Of a DNA stretch of 64,000 nucleotides, positions 37,625 to 46,496 are shown in pieces. Source of the stretch: an uncultured Thermoanaerobaculia bacterium (GTDB taxonomy: Bacteria; Acidobacteriota; Thermoanaerobaculia; Thermoanaerobaculales; Sulfomarinibacteraceae); NCBI GenBank assembly GCA_964423595.1, contig CAYRFI010000004.1, positions 12,327 through 76,326 on the forward strand, read 5' to 3'. Numbering within the stretch: the first letter of the stretch is position 1; each line of letters begins with the position of its first letter. Under the pieces are notes generated by a model. The model was not told the DNA's origin, ran no database searches, and saw only the letters and a list, made by a program, of their open reading frames with translations. The translations under genes and the position numbers were made by a program.

Positions 37625-40255
37625 TCATTTACCCAACCCCACCTCAATCGCCGCAACATTCCACCCTTGCAGCGCGAGGGCTGCATCCGACACATCATCC
37701 ACGGTCGGGAAACGCGCCGTCAGCTCCCGGCTCTCACCGGGGAGGATCGAGACATAGTTGTCGCTCCACAGGACCGGCAGGATGGAATTGCCCTCGGCAT
37801 CGACCACCCGCAGCTCGACAAAGAAGGCGAGAGCCTCAGTGGGGTTGCCGAGATGTACCGTGACCTCCGGTCCGTTTGCGGAAGCCGAGACTTCGAGCTC
37901 AACCTCGGGGAGGTCCCCGAGCGCAGTGAAGTCGGCAAATTTCCTGGTCGGCGTCACATACCAGAGGTTGTTTTCGTAGTCGAGGACATCGGGCTTGCTC
38001 GAGAGCCAGTAGAAGTTGCGGGCCACCTCGGCCTCCGTGGTGTCGCGCAGCCGCAGATCGAGAAACCACACCGGCGTCGGCGACTCCTGATCAGCGAGCG
38101 ACACCAAAGGCTGCGCCCCGGCCGGCGGCAGATCGATTTCATAGCGCTTGCTGTAGAACTCCTTCGCGGAGAGATCGAAGGCCCGGACAACGGCCGTCAG
38201 ACCACCGCTCGCAAACTGGGAATCGTTGACCGCGTACACCGTTTCGTCGGCGTAATTGAACGAGAGGTTGAGCCGTTGGCTCGCAACGCGGGTGCCGTAG
38301 AAAGCGCCGTTCGGCATCAGGTACCAGTCGTAGAGCTGCCAATACGTTTCGGGCCAGGCGGAGTTGAGCATCCACTGGATCAGGCCGGTGGTCAGGGGCC
38401 GATTGACGGCAAAGCTCTCGAACATCGGCCGGATCGCCTCGTAGTTGGCCACCTGCGCCTTGATGAGGAACTCCTCCACCGAGGTCGATCGCCCGTAGCG
38501 CCGGTTGAGGGCCTCGACGTAGCGATCCATGTTGCTGAACTCGCCGCGGCCGCAGTGGAAGTTCCAGACCTCGTCGATCGGCCACAGGTGCTCGGGTGGG
38601 ATCATCCGCTCGACGCTCTCCAGCGGCGGCGGTTGAGGCCCCGGTCCGGTCTCGGTGTTGAAACCGAAAGCGCCACCGTGCTCGCGATCTGACCACCAGT
38701 AGACCGGCGGCACCCAGTCGTAGGGCCCGTTCATCTTGACCCCGCTCGGACCGCTGACCTCGGACTGCAGCCAGCCGCAGGAGACCAGTGGCGGCCGCGT
38801 CGGATCGACCTCCTCGAGCATGAGCCGGTAGCGTCGCTCGAGGTCGGGGTGGGGGAGCAGGTCGCTCGCCAGCACCCAGGTGAAGATGCTCGGGTGGTTG
38901 CGGAGCCAGCGTATCTGGTCGGCGAGCGAAGCAGCCACCAGGTCCATCTCTTCGGGTTCCAACACTCCGCCGTAGTCCTCGCTCACCGGCTTGCCGACGT
39001 AGTTCTCCCACTCCCACTGGCAGCTCCAGCCCGGCATGATGAGGATTCCCTCGCGGTCAGCCGCGTCGTACAAATATTGGCTCGAGCCCCAGAAGCCCTC
39101 GAGTCGGATGGTATTGAGGTGCATTTGTTTGACGTATGCGAGCTGGGCGTCGATCTTCTCCGGCGTGTCCGACAGCAACAGATCATCTGCCCAGCCGCCG
39201 CCGCGGATCAGCACTGGCTGGCCGTTGACCGTGAAACCGCGGTGGCCCTCGTCGTTGAAGTAGGTTCCGAGTTGGCGGATGCCGAAGGTGATCTCTGCGA
39301 CGTCGGACACCCGCCGATCGATCGTCGCGGTCATCGTCATCGCGTACAGGTTCGGCTCACCGAGAGTGTGTGGCCACCACAGTCGAGGACCGTCGACCCT
39401 CAGGACGTCGTAGTCGTCTGGGGTGAACCAAACGCGCTGCGACTCGTACGGCGCGAGGATGACATCGGCGGCGAATGTGCGTTCTTCGATGCGTCCAACC
39501 ACCTTCGTTGTGACCTGGGCGTCTCCGTGGTTGCGCATCAGCACCGACACCCTGATGTCGGCCGACTCCAGAGTCTCGAGATCGACGTCGGTCTCGACGA
39601 AGACATCGTCGAGGGTCACGTCCCCGGTGAGGCGGAGAGTGACCGGCCGCCAGATGCCCATGTTCTTGTCCGGCGGGCGGGGGTTCCAGTCGACGAAGCC
39701 GATGGTGAAGTCGCCCGGCTGCGGCGGGTACACTGCCACCGCGAGCGCGTTGCGGCCCGCGACGAGTTGACCCGAAACGTCGAGCTGGTGAACACGAAAC
39801 GCACCGACCACTGTGTTGCGCGCAGCAATCTGCTCGCCGTTGAGCCAGATGTCGGCCGCGTAGTTGATGCCCGCGAACTGCAGGCGGGCGACCTGCTCGG
39901 CCTCTTCGACGGAGATCTCGAACTCGGTCCGGTACCACCACGGTCCTTCGAACTGCTCGCTGTCGACCTTTTCGAGGTTGGTGCCAAGGTACAGATCGGG
40001 GTAGAGGCCGTTGGCTACGAGCGCCGCCATCGGCGTCGATGGCACGGAGGTCGCAAACCAGCCGCTGGTATCGAAGCCCACCGACGACACCTCCGCCCCA
40101 TTACCGGTGACATCGGCCGCCGCGCGAATGAACCAGCCGTCGGTCAATTGCCGCGATGTGGTCACCGATTCCTCAGGCGTGCCACATGCGGTGCCCAACA
40201 ACAATAAAATCACTCCCAAGAATTGACACGCCCAACTGAAATGCATTTTTCGCAT
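37625..40255 (-). CDS. GH2 family glycoside hydrolase, exo-beta-D-glucosaminidase / beta-mannosidase subgroup, lipoprotein
   Basis: GH2 N-terminal sugar-binding block (WWYRTEFEI...LQFAGINYAADIWLNGEQI), FVDWNPRPPDKNMGIWRPV and a TIM barrel with NTIRLEGFW. MRKMHFSWACQFLGVILLLLGTACG (lipobox). GGAGGAG precedes ATG 40255. Confidence 0.75.
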   Translation of the reverse strand: MRKMHFSWACQFLGVILLLLGTACGTPEESVTTSRQLTDGWFIRAAADVTGNGAEVSSVGFDTSGWFATSVPSTPMAALVANGLYPDLYLGTNLEKVDSEQFEGPWWYRTEFEISVEEAEQVARLQFAGINYAADIWLNGEQIAARNTVVGAFRVHQLDVSGQLVAGRNALAVAVYPPQPGDFTIGFVDWNPRPPDKNMGIWRPVTLRLTGDVTLDDVFVETDVDLETLESADIRVSVLMRNHGDAQVTTKVVGRIEERTFAADVILAPYESQRVWFTPDDYDVLRVDGPRLWWPHTLGEPNLYAMTMTATIDRRVSDVAEITFGIRQLGTYFNDEGHRGFTVNGQPVLIRGGGWADDLLLSDTPEKIDAQLAYVKQMHLNTIRLEGFWGSSQYLYDAADREGILIMPGWSCQWEWENYVGKPVSEDYGGVLEPEEMDLVAASLADQIRWLRNHPSIFTWVLASDLLPHPDLERRYRLMLEEVDPTRPPLVSCGWLQSEVSGPSGVKMNGPYDWVPPVYWWSDREHGGAFGFNTETGPGPQPPPLESVERMIPPEHLWPIDEVWNFHCGRGEFSNMDRYVEALNRRYGRSTSVEEFLIKAQVANYEAIRPMFESFAVNRPLTTGLIQWMLNSAWPETYWQLYDWYLMPNGAFYGTRVASQRLNLSFNYADETVYAVNDSQFASGGLTAVVRAFDLSAKEFYSKRYEIDLPPAGAQPLVSLADQESPTPVWFLDLRLRDTTEAEVARNFYWLSSKPDVLDYENNLWYVTPTRKFADFTALGDLPEVELEVSASANGPEVTVHLGNPTEALAFFVELRVVDAEGNSILPVLWSDNYVSILPGESRELTARFPTVDDVSDAALALQGWNVAAIEVGLGK

Positions 40256-40319
40256 GTCTCCTCCTTGCTCCGAGCACAACAGTCAACACCGCATCCAACC
40301 CGGTCGACACGTGAGTTCC

Positions 40320-42662
40320 CTATCCCCCGCCGCCTTCGATCCGCGACCGGTAGTACTGAGCCCGTTCCAGCACGTGCTTGAGCTCGCTCTGCCGCCCCTG
40401 GCGCGAGTAGACATCGGCCAACAGGTAGTAGCCGAGCACCTTGAGCTCGTCGTCCTCGGTCCGCACGAGGCCGGCGCGGGCGAGGCGTTCGACTTCAGGC
40501 AGGTCTTCTTCCTGCTGCAGGAGAACCCGGGCGAGAAAGAGATAGGGTTTTGCAGTCTCGGGTGATTCTGTGATCAACACCCGCATCTCTCGCTCCGCCG
40601 CCGCCGGGTCTCCGAGACGGAACAGTATGTCGCCGAGGTTGAACCGGGCCAGCACCGAGCTTGGGTAGAGCTCCACCTCATCGGCATAGGCCGCCCGAGC
40701 CTCCTCGAGCCGTCCCTGCTCTTCGTACAGCAGGCCCAGATGGTAATGGGCCAGCGGGAACTTCGGGTGTTCGGCGACTATCTGATCGAGCACGGTCTCC
40801 GCCTGGTCGAGGCGACCGAGACCCATGTAGGCCACCGCGAGATTGAGACGGGGACGAGTCAGCTTCGGCTGAATCTCCACCGCCTTTTGCAGTGCAGAGA
40901 GTGCCCTTTGGTGATCGTTCGCTTTCATGAAGACACCGGCCATGAGTTCCCAGGCCTGGGTGTTGCGGTCGTCGACCGCCAGCACCCTCTTGGTGAGAGC
41001 CAGTACCTCGTCCGTCCTGTCCTCGTCCGACAGGATCCCGGCCATGGTGATGAGCGCCAACGTGTCGTCCGGGTTGTCACGCAGGTAGGGGTCGAGGACC
41101 GCCTTGGCATCCTCGTTGCGCCCGAGCTTCCGGAAGACGGTGGCGAGCATGAGCTTGGCCTGTGGGATCTCAGGATCGTCCCCGAGCACGATCTCCAAGA
41201 CCTTGGCGGCACCCTCGTAGTCCTCGCCGGTGATCAAGTGCGATGCGTAGCCAACCGACTCGAAGAGGTGGATTTTGTCTTTTGGATCGGCAAGGTTGTT
41301 CCCCTCGGGAGCCGCCGTTGCGCCGCCGACGTAGCCCAGGGCCGCCAGCATGCCCAGGGTCTCCTGATCGAGATTCGCCTGCTGTGTATCGGGCGCACCA
41401 GTTTCGATCTCTTCGCGGAGGCTCGCCAGCCGATTCCGCAGTCCTTTTGCGATCTCCGGCTCTCGGCCGAGGAGGTTGTCGGTCTCTCCGGGATCGAGGG
41501 TGACGTCGTACAGCTCGGCCCGCGGTGCGTCGATGAACTTGTGGGTCGATGTCCGCAGCCCGTACAACGCGCTCCAGCCGTACTGGAGGTGGACCGACAT
41601 CGACTCCGAGTAGGCCAGTCGCGGTTCACCACCCGCGGGATCGCGCATCAGGGGCACCAACGACGAACCGTGCAACGGCTGCGGCGGGTCGATGCCCGTC
41701 AGATCGAGGATCGTCGGCAGCACGTCGATGGTTCGTACCTGCTGCCGCACCCGCACGCCGCGGAGGACGGAACCTGGCGCCTTGATGATCAGCGGCACCC
41801 GCACGGTAGCGTCGTAAATGTAGTAGCCGTGCTCCTTCTCCCCGTGGTCGCCGAGACTTTCGCCGTGGTCTCCGACCACCACCACGATCGTCTTCTCCGT
41901 CAGCCCTCTTGCGGCGAGCCAATCGAAGACGCGGCCGACCTGGGAGTCGGCAAAGGCAATCTCGCCGTCGTAGAGCCCGCTCTTGCCTCTCCCGGCAAAA
42001 CGTGTCGCGTACGGTTCTGGCGGTTGGTAGGGGATGTGGGCGTCGTAAAAGTGGAGCCACACGAAGAAGGGCCTGCCGTCGTCCTCTCCGAGCCACTCGA
42101 GGCCGAGATTCACGACCCGGTCCCCCGGACGCTGCACGCCGGCCAGGTCGAGACGCTGGTCCGGCGCCATTTCGAAATCGTCGTCGTAGTACTCGAAGCC
42201 CTGGTTCAAACCCCAGCGCCCGTCGACTACGAAGGCGCCGACGACGGCCCCACAGCGGTATCCGGCCCCCGTCAATCGCTCGGCAAGGGTGATCTGGACG
42301 TCTGCCAGGGCCGAGCCGCCGTTGAGCCGGACGCCGTGAAACGGTGGATACAGGCCGGTCATGATCGAAGAGTGCGAGGGCAGGGTAAAGGCGGTGGGCG
42401 TGACCGTCTGCTCGAAGAGCACGCCCTCCTCGGCAAGGCGGTCGAGGTGGAGGGTTTCGGCCGCTGCGTACCCGTAGGCGCCGATGCGATCGGCCCGCGT
42501 CGTGTCAAGCGTAATCAGCAACACGTTGGCGCCGCGGAGGCCGAAATCCCGTAGCGCCCGATCAGTCCCGGGAACCGAGATCTTGCCGCCACGGAGCAGC
42601 GCGATAGCGATCACGATGACGACGATGATCGCTGCAGCCACCATGGCGCGTTTCAGGTTCAT
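40320..42662 (-). CDS. Membrane-anchored sulfatase-fold (alkaline-phosphatase superfamily) enzyme fused to a C-terminal TPR array
   Basis: N-terminal TM segment; NVLLITLDTTRADRIGAYGY; FTLPSHSSIMTG at the position of the sulfatase C/S-x-P-x-R motif; VVVGDHGE. About 350 aa of TPR-like repeats follow. Confidence 0.75.
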   Translation of the reverse strand: MNLKRAMVAAAIIVVIVIAIALLRGGKISVPGTDRALRDFGLRGANVLLITLDTTRADRIGAYGYAAAETLHLDRLAEEGVLFEQTVTPTAFTLPSHSSIMTGLYPPFHGVRLNGGSALADVQITLAERLTGAGYRCGAVVGAFVVDGRWGLNQGFEYYDDDFEMAPDQRLDLAGVQRPGDRVVNLGLEWLGEDDGRPFFVWLHFYDAHIPYQPPEPYATRFAGRGKSGLYDGEIAFADSQVGRVFDWLAARGLTEKTIVVVVGDHGESLGDHGEKEHGYYIYDATVRVPLIIKAPGSVLRGVRVRQQVRTIDVLPTILDLTGIDPPQPLHGSSLVPLMRDPAGGEPRLAYSESMSVHLQYGWSALYGLRTSTHKFIDAPRAELYDVTLDPGETDNLLGREPEIAKGLRNRLASLREEIETGAPDTQQANLDQETLGMLAALGYVGGATAAPEGNNLADPKDKIHLFESVGYASHLITGEDYEGAAKVLEIVLGDDPEIPQAKLMLATVFRKLGRNEDAKAVLDPYLRDNPDDTLALITMAGILSDEDRTDEVLALTKRVLAVDDRNTQAWELMAGVFMKANDHQRALSALQKAVEIQPKLTRPRLNLAVAYMGLGRLDQAETVLDQIVAEHPKFPLAHYHLGLLYEEQGRLEEARAAYADEVELYPSSVLARFNLGDILFRLGDPAAAEREMRVLITESPETAKPYLFLARVLLQQEEDLPEVERLARAGLVRTEDDELKVLGYYLLADVYSRQGRQSELKHVLERAQYYRSRIEGGGG

Positions 42663-42782
42663 TGCGGGCTGTAACCTCCTCGATCCAGAATTCTTAGGTT
42701 TGAACGTTCCAAGGTTTCACCCTCGACTGCTCCCTTGGCCCATCTGCACCCTGTGACCGCGGAAACGAGCGCGGAAGCCCCT

Positions 42783-42812
42783 AAAACTGGAGGGCCCAGC
42801 GAGGGCCCTCCA
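42783..42812 (-). terminator. Rho-independent terminator downstream of the TonB-dependent receptor gene
   Basis: The minus strand reads CTGGAGGGCCC-TCGC-TGGGCCCTCCAG followed by TTTTAG. It lies 27 nt after the stop at 42839. Confidence 0.7.
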
Positions 42813-42838
42813 GAGGATAGCAGCGATCCCGGAGACCG

Positions 42839-45800
42839 CTAGAAATCGAACTTCAAACCGAGCCGATAGATCCGCGGTGTGACCAGACCGTAGACCCGGC
42901 CGTAGTCGCCGGGTCGGAAGCCGACCCGGTTGGCGGCGTTCTCGTTGAAGGCGTTGAGCGCGTCGAATGCGACCGAGACGCCCATTCCACGGCCGATCCC
43001 GAAGCGCTTGTTGAGGCTCAGATCGACAATGGTCGTCGACGGCAGCCAGTCGTTGTCAGTGGGGTCGATCGCCACCATGTCGTTGCCCCACCCGGTGGTG
43101 AGAAGCGTGCCAGGCGGCGGCGTGTCGCCCATCCATCCGGCATAGATCGGGAGCGTATCGACCGGGAAGATCGCCCGGCCCGAGTCGTAGCGCACCCGGA
43201 AGCCGAAGTCGGTTTCGATCACCGGGATCGTGTAGCTGCCGGCCAGCTTGGCCATCCACTTGGGGGTCATGAGCGCAGGCCCCTCGAGGTTGTTCTGGAA
43301 GTGGTTGTAGCTGCTGCCAAACGGCGTGTCCATCACCAGCGGGCCGTCGATGTACCAGTTCTGATCGACCACCCTCGGGTAGAAGCCGTTCGTATCGGTG
43401 TAGTTGATCGCGAACATCCCCTGCCAACGGTTGGAGTAGCGCTTGTTGAGCACCATCTGGAGGCCCTGATAGGTCCGCTTGACGTCGTGGCCATCGAACT
43501 CTGTAGCGTTGATCGTCCTGTAAAACCGTCCGTCGCCGGTCGCGGTGACGTACGCGCCATCGCCCGACCAGTTGACGACACCGTCGCCGTTGTAGTCCTC
43601 GAGCACGATCGACCACACCTGGGTTTGATAGCCGGTTGAGGACGTGTACGGCATCGATTCCCACTCGTAGAACTCGCCGGTCCCGGGATCGTACGGCCGC
43701 AGCACCAGGAGATCCTTTGTGACCTTGTAGATATAGGTGAATTCGACGGCGATATCGCGGCCGAGCTGCCGTTGGATCGAGAGGTTGAACTGGTCCGTAT
43801 AGGGGCTGGTGGTGCCCGGTTCCACCTGGAGGTCCCACGACGGGTCGGAAACCTCGCTGCTGTTCAGAGACCTTGGCAAGCTGTAGAGGAGGTTGGTTGC
43901 GGGCGGTGTCTCGTTGAAGTCGACCAGTCCGTTGCCGTTGGTGTCGAACTCACTCCAGGGCACCAGGTAGATGTACGTATCGGTAATGGTATCCCCCATG
44001 TCCGGCCCGAAACGGCGCAGGCTCTCGACCCCGAGCGGGAAGAAGTAGCGTCCCACGTGCCCCCGGAGGACCGTCTTGCCGTCGCCGGTCAGTGTCCACG
44101 CAAACCCGAGACGTGGCGACCAGGTCTTGAAGTCATAGATATTGTCGGTGCCCTGTCGTTCACGGAGGACGGTCGGGTTGTTGACATCGTCCGGCGTTGC
44201 GAAAGGCTCGTAGACGTAGCCCTTGCCGTATTTGGCGGACATGTTGTCGTAACGGAGGCCGATGTCCAGCGTCAACCGATCCGACACGACCCACTGGTCG
44301 TCGACAAAGACGCCGAGGGAGTCCGATTCGCGCTTGGTCAACCACGGATTGCGGGTGACCTCGCGATTGTAGAACGGGACGTAGACATCATCGGTCGGAG
44401 CCAGACACCAGGTGTAGTCGCAGTGCCACCAGGCGGTGTTCATGTAGTCGTAATCATAGCCCCATGGGTAGGGGTAAGCGAAGTTGGCATAGTTCTGGAA
44501 GTAGCCTCCCAGCCAGTCACCGTGGGCGGTCGTGTACTGGACGCCGAACTTGAGCTCGTGATCACCGGCCCAGTTGTCGGCGTAGTGGGTGAAGTCCGCC
44601 TGGATGGTCTCGCGCCCGTTCTTCGACCCCTCGACGTACGGAAAGTCGCCGTTGACCCCGATGCTCTGGGTGCCGCACCACTTCCACCAGTTGATAAATC
44701 CGGGATGGCCGACCTCTCCTGGAGTGCTCGGGGTCACTTCGGTGTTGTAGCCCAGGTATTTCGCGCCGAGGAGGTTGCGGTCGGAGATCACCCACTGGTA
44801 CTGGGCGGTGACGGTGTCGTTCGTCTGCGGGCTGTCGTAGCGCATGGTCGGGTCCCAGGTCGCGCCCCACGACGTGTTGCCGCTGACGTTGTCCTCGTAG
44901 TGGTAGCCCAACCATGCCCGTTGACTCGTCCCGAACTCTCCGGTCAACTTGAGGTCGTAGAGGTCCGATTTGTAGGTTTCGAGCGGGATCCAGAGCGGTG
45001 TGTCGGTGCTCGAATCGCGGCGGTTGAAGCCTGCGTAGAACCACAGCATATCCTTGACGATCGGGCCACCCACCGTGATGCTGTATTCCGTGTTGTCGAC
45101 GGGCAAGGTGGTGATGACGTCCGCGGGATCGACGTACATCCAACTGTTGCCAAAGCTTGTGGTGTAGTTGTCCGCCGCGTCACCGAGCTGGGTGTAGTAA
45201 CTCCCGCTGCCGTGAAACGTGTTGCTCCCGCTCTTGGTCAGGACGTCCACCGCAGCGCCGGAGAAGGAACCGTACTCGGCCCGCGAGCCGAGCGACAGGA
45301 CCTTGACCTCCTGCACGGTGTCGTAGTTCACGGCCACCAGCGAGCCCCACGAGGCACCGCGCGGGTTGGTGGTGTTGACCCCGTCGACCAGGAAGATATT
45401 TTCATTCGACGCCGAGCCATAGGCCGAGGGGCTCGGCAGCCACGACTCGTCGGCGCCCACTGCCGACATTCCCGCCGCCGTCAGCGTCAAGTCGTAGAAC
45501 GAGTTACGAGCCGTTGGCATCACCTCGAGTAGCTTGTCGCTGAAGGTGGTGTCGATGGTCGATTTCCGGGTGTCGACGATCGGGGCCTCGGAGGTGACGA
45601 CGATCTCACCGGTCGCAGGCGCGATCTCCAGATTGAGCGTCAACGGCACGGTGGACCCCGAGTTGATGACAATGTCCTCGACCTTGGCGGTGTTGAAGCC
45701 CGACAGGCTAGCGCTCACCGTGTAGGTTCCCGGCGGCACCCTGAGAAAGACGAAGGTCCCTCTGTCATCCGAAATCGTCGGCCAGTTGCCCCGCACCAGA

Positions 45801-45973
45801 GCGGGGCCCTCGAGCACGACGGTGGCGCCCGGTCCGGGTGTCCCGTCCGGCAACATCACGCTGCCCGTCACCGTGCCGGAGTTGACCGCCTGCGACCACG
45901 CCGGGTTGGCGCCGAACAACACAACGAGGCCCAGAACGAAGGCCCCAGACCACAGAACTGCTCTACTCCTCAT
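42839..45973 (-). CDS. TonB-dependent receptor with N-terminal carboxypeptidase-regulatory-like domain
   Basis: Signal peptide MRSRAVLWSGAFVLGLVVLFGANPAWSQA. GTVTGSV...DDRGTFVFLRVPPGTYTV (CarboxypepD_reg). Long beta-barrel ending in the terminal motif GLKFDF. GGGAGGAAG lies before ATG 45973. Confidence 0.85.
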   Translation of the reverse strand: MRSRAVLWSGAFVLGLVVLFGANPAWSQAVNSGTVTGSVMLPDGTPGPGATVVLEGPALVRGNWPTISDDRGTFVFLRVPPGTYTVSASLSGFNTAKVEDIVINSGSTVPLTLNLEIAPATGEIVVTSEAPIVDTRKSTIDTTFSDKLLEVMPTARNSFYDLTLTAAGMSAVGADESWLPSPSAYGSASNENIFLVDGVNTTNPRGASWGSLVAVNYDTVQEVKVLSLGSRAEYGSFSGAAVDVLTKSGSNTFHGSGSYYTQLGDAADNYTTSFGNSWMYVDPADVITTLPVDNTEYSITVGGPIVKDMLWFYAGFNRRDSSTDTPLWIPLETYKSDLYDLKLTGEFGTSQRAWLGYHYEDNVSGNTSWGATWDPTMRYDSPQTNDTVTAQYQWVISDRNLLGAKYLGYNTEVTPSTPGEVGHPGFINWWKWCGTQSIGVNGDFPYVEGSKNGRETIQADFTHYADNWAGDHELKFGVQYTTAHGDWLGGYFQNYANFAYPYPWGYDYDYMNTAWWHCDYTWCLAPTDDVYVPFYNREVTRNPWLTKRESDSLGVFVDDQWVVSDRLTLDIGLRYDNMSAKYGKGYVYEPFATPDDVNNPTVLRERQGTDNIYDFKTWSPRLGFAWTLTGDGKTVLRGHVGRYFFPLGVESLRRFGPDMGDTITDTYIYLVPWSEFDTNGNGLVDFNETPPATNLLYSLPRSLNSSEVSDPSWDLQVEPGTTSPYTDQFNLSIQRQLGRDIAVEFTYIYKVTKDLLVLRPYDPGTGEFYEWESMPYTSSTGYQTQVWSIVLEDYNGDGVVNWSGDGAYVTATGDGRFYRTINATEFDGHDVKRTYQGLQMVLNKRYSNRWQGMFAINYTDTNGFYPRVVDQNWYIDGPLVMDTPFGSSYNHFQNNLEGPALMTPKWMAKLAGSYTIPVIETDFGFRVRYDSGRAIFPVDTLPIYAGWMGDTPPPGTLLTTGWGNDMVAIDPTDNDWLPSTTIVDLSLNKRFGIGRGMGVSVAFDALNAFNENAANRVGFRPGDYGRVYGLVTPRIYRLGLKFDF

Positions 45974-46040
45974 CACTTCCTCCCTTCTCATCCCAGTCGA
46001 AAACGGCCGTATCCAGCGACTGGACGACATACGGCCAACA

Positions 46041-46069
46041 ACGAAAAGACCGGGATCGTGAGATCCCGG
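46041..46069 (-). terminator. Terminator-like hairpin inside the 5' leader of the TonB-dependent receptor gene (possible attenuator)
   Basis: The minus strand reads CCGGGATC-TCAC-GATCCCGG (46050-46069) followed by TCTTTTCGTTGTT, about 68 nt upstream of ATG 45973. No minus-strand gene lies upstream of it. Confidence 0.35.
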
Positions 46070-46173
46070 CAACCTTGGATCGACGGTTTCGAGGCGTGAG
46101 AGACGACAGCGGCATACATCGGACCCCCGCATGGTCGCAGATTAGATCACCCGGGGGCGGTCGTCGCACTTCA

Positions 46174-46214
46174 GAATTGAATTTGGAAAAGGTCAAGATT
46201 GTCGAATTCAATTC
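46174..46214. promoter_or_regulatory. AT-rich island with 9-bp perfect inverted repeat AATTGAATT-N21-AATTCAATT in the divergent TBDR / SIS-GH20 control region
   Basis: GAATTGAATT is at 46174-46183 and GAATTCAATTC at 46204-46214. On the minus strand a TTGACC lies between them. Confidence 0.35.
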
Positions 46215-46496
46215 GAAAAATGTGGTTGATCCCTTCCAAACAGCGCGCCCTGAAACGGACGATTGATGGCACCGGACGCCAGCATCGTGCTTGTCCGGAT
46301 TCGCTGGAGGGCAGGATCCTGGCTGGCCGGTCGTTCCGTCAGGCGATCGGTGCCGGCTCCTGAGAAGAGAACCACGAGCCGTGGATCCACGGTCGATCGT
46401 CTTCACCCCCCCTCACGCTGGCCCGCACAGTATACTCCGAATGCAACGCCGCGCGCCGCGACGACGATTCGGACTCTGTCGCTTTTGGAGGTGGGC

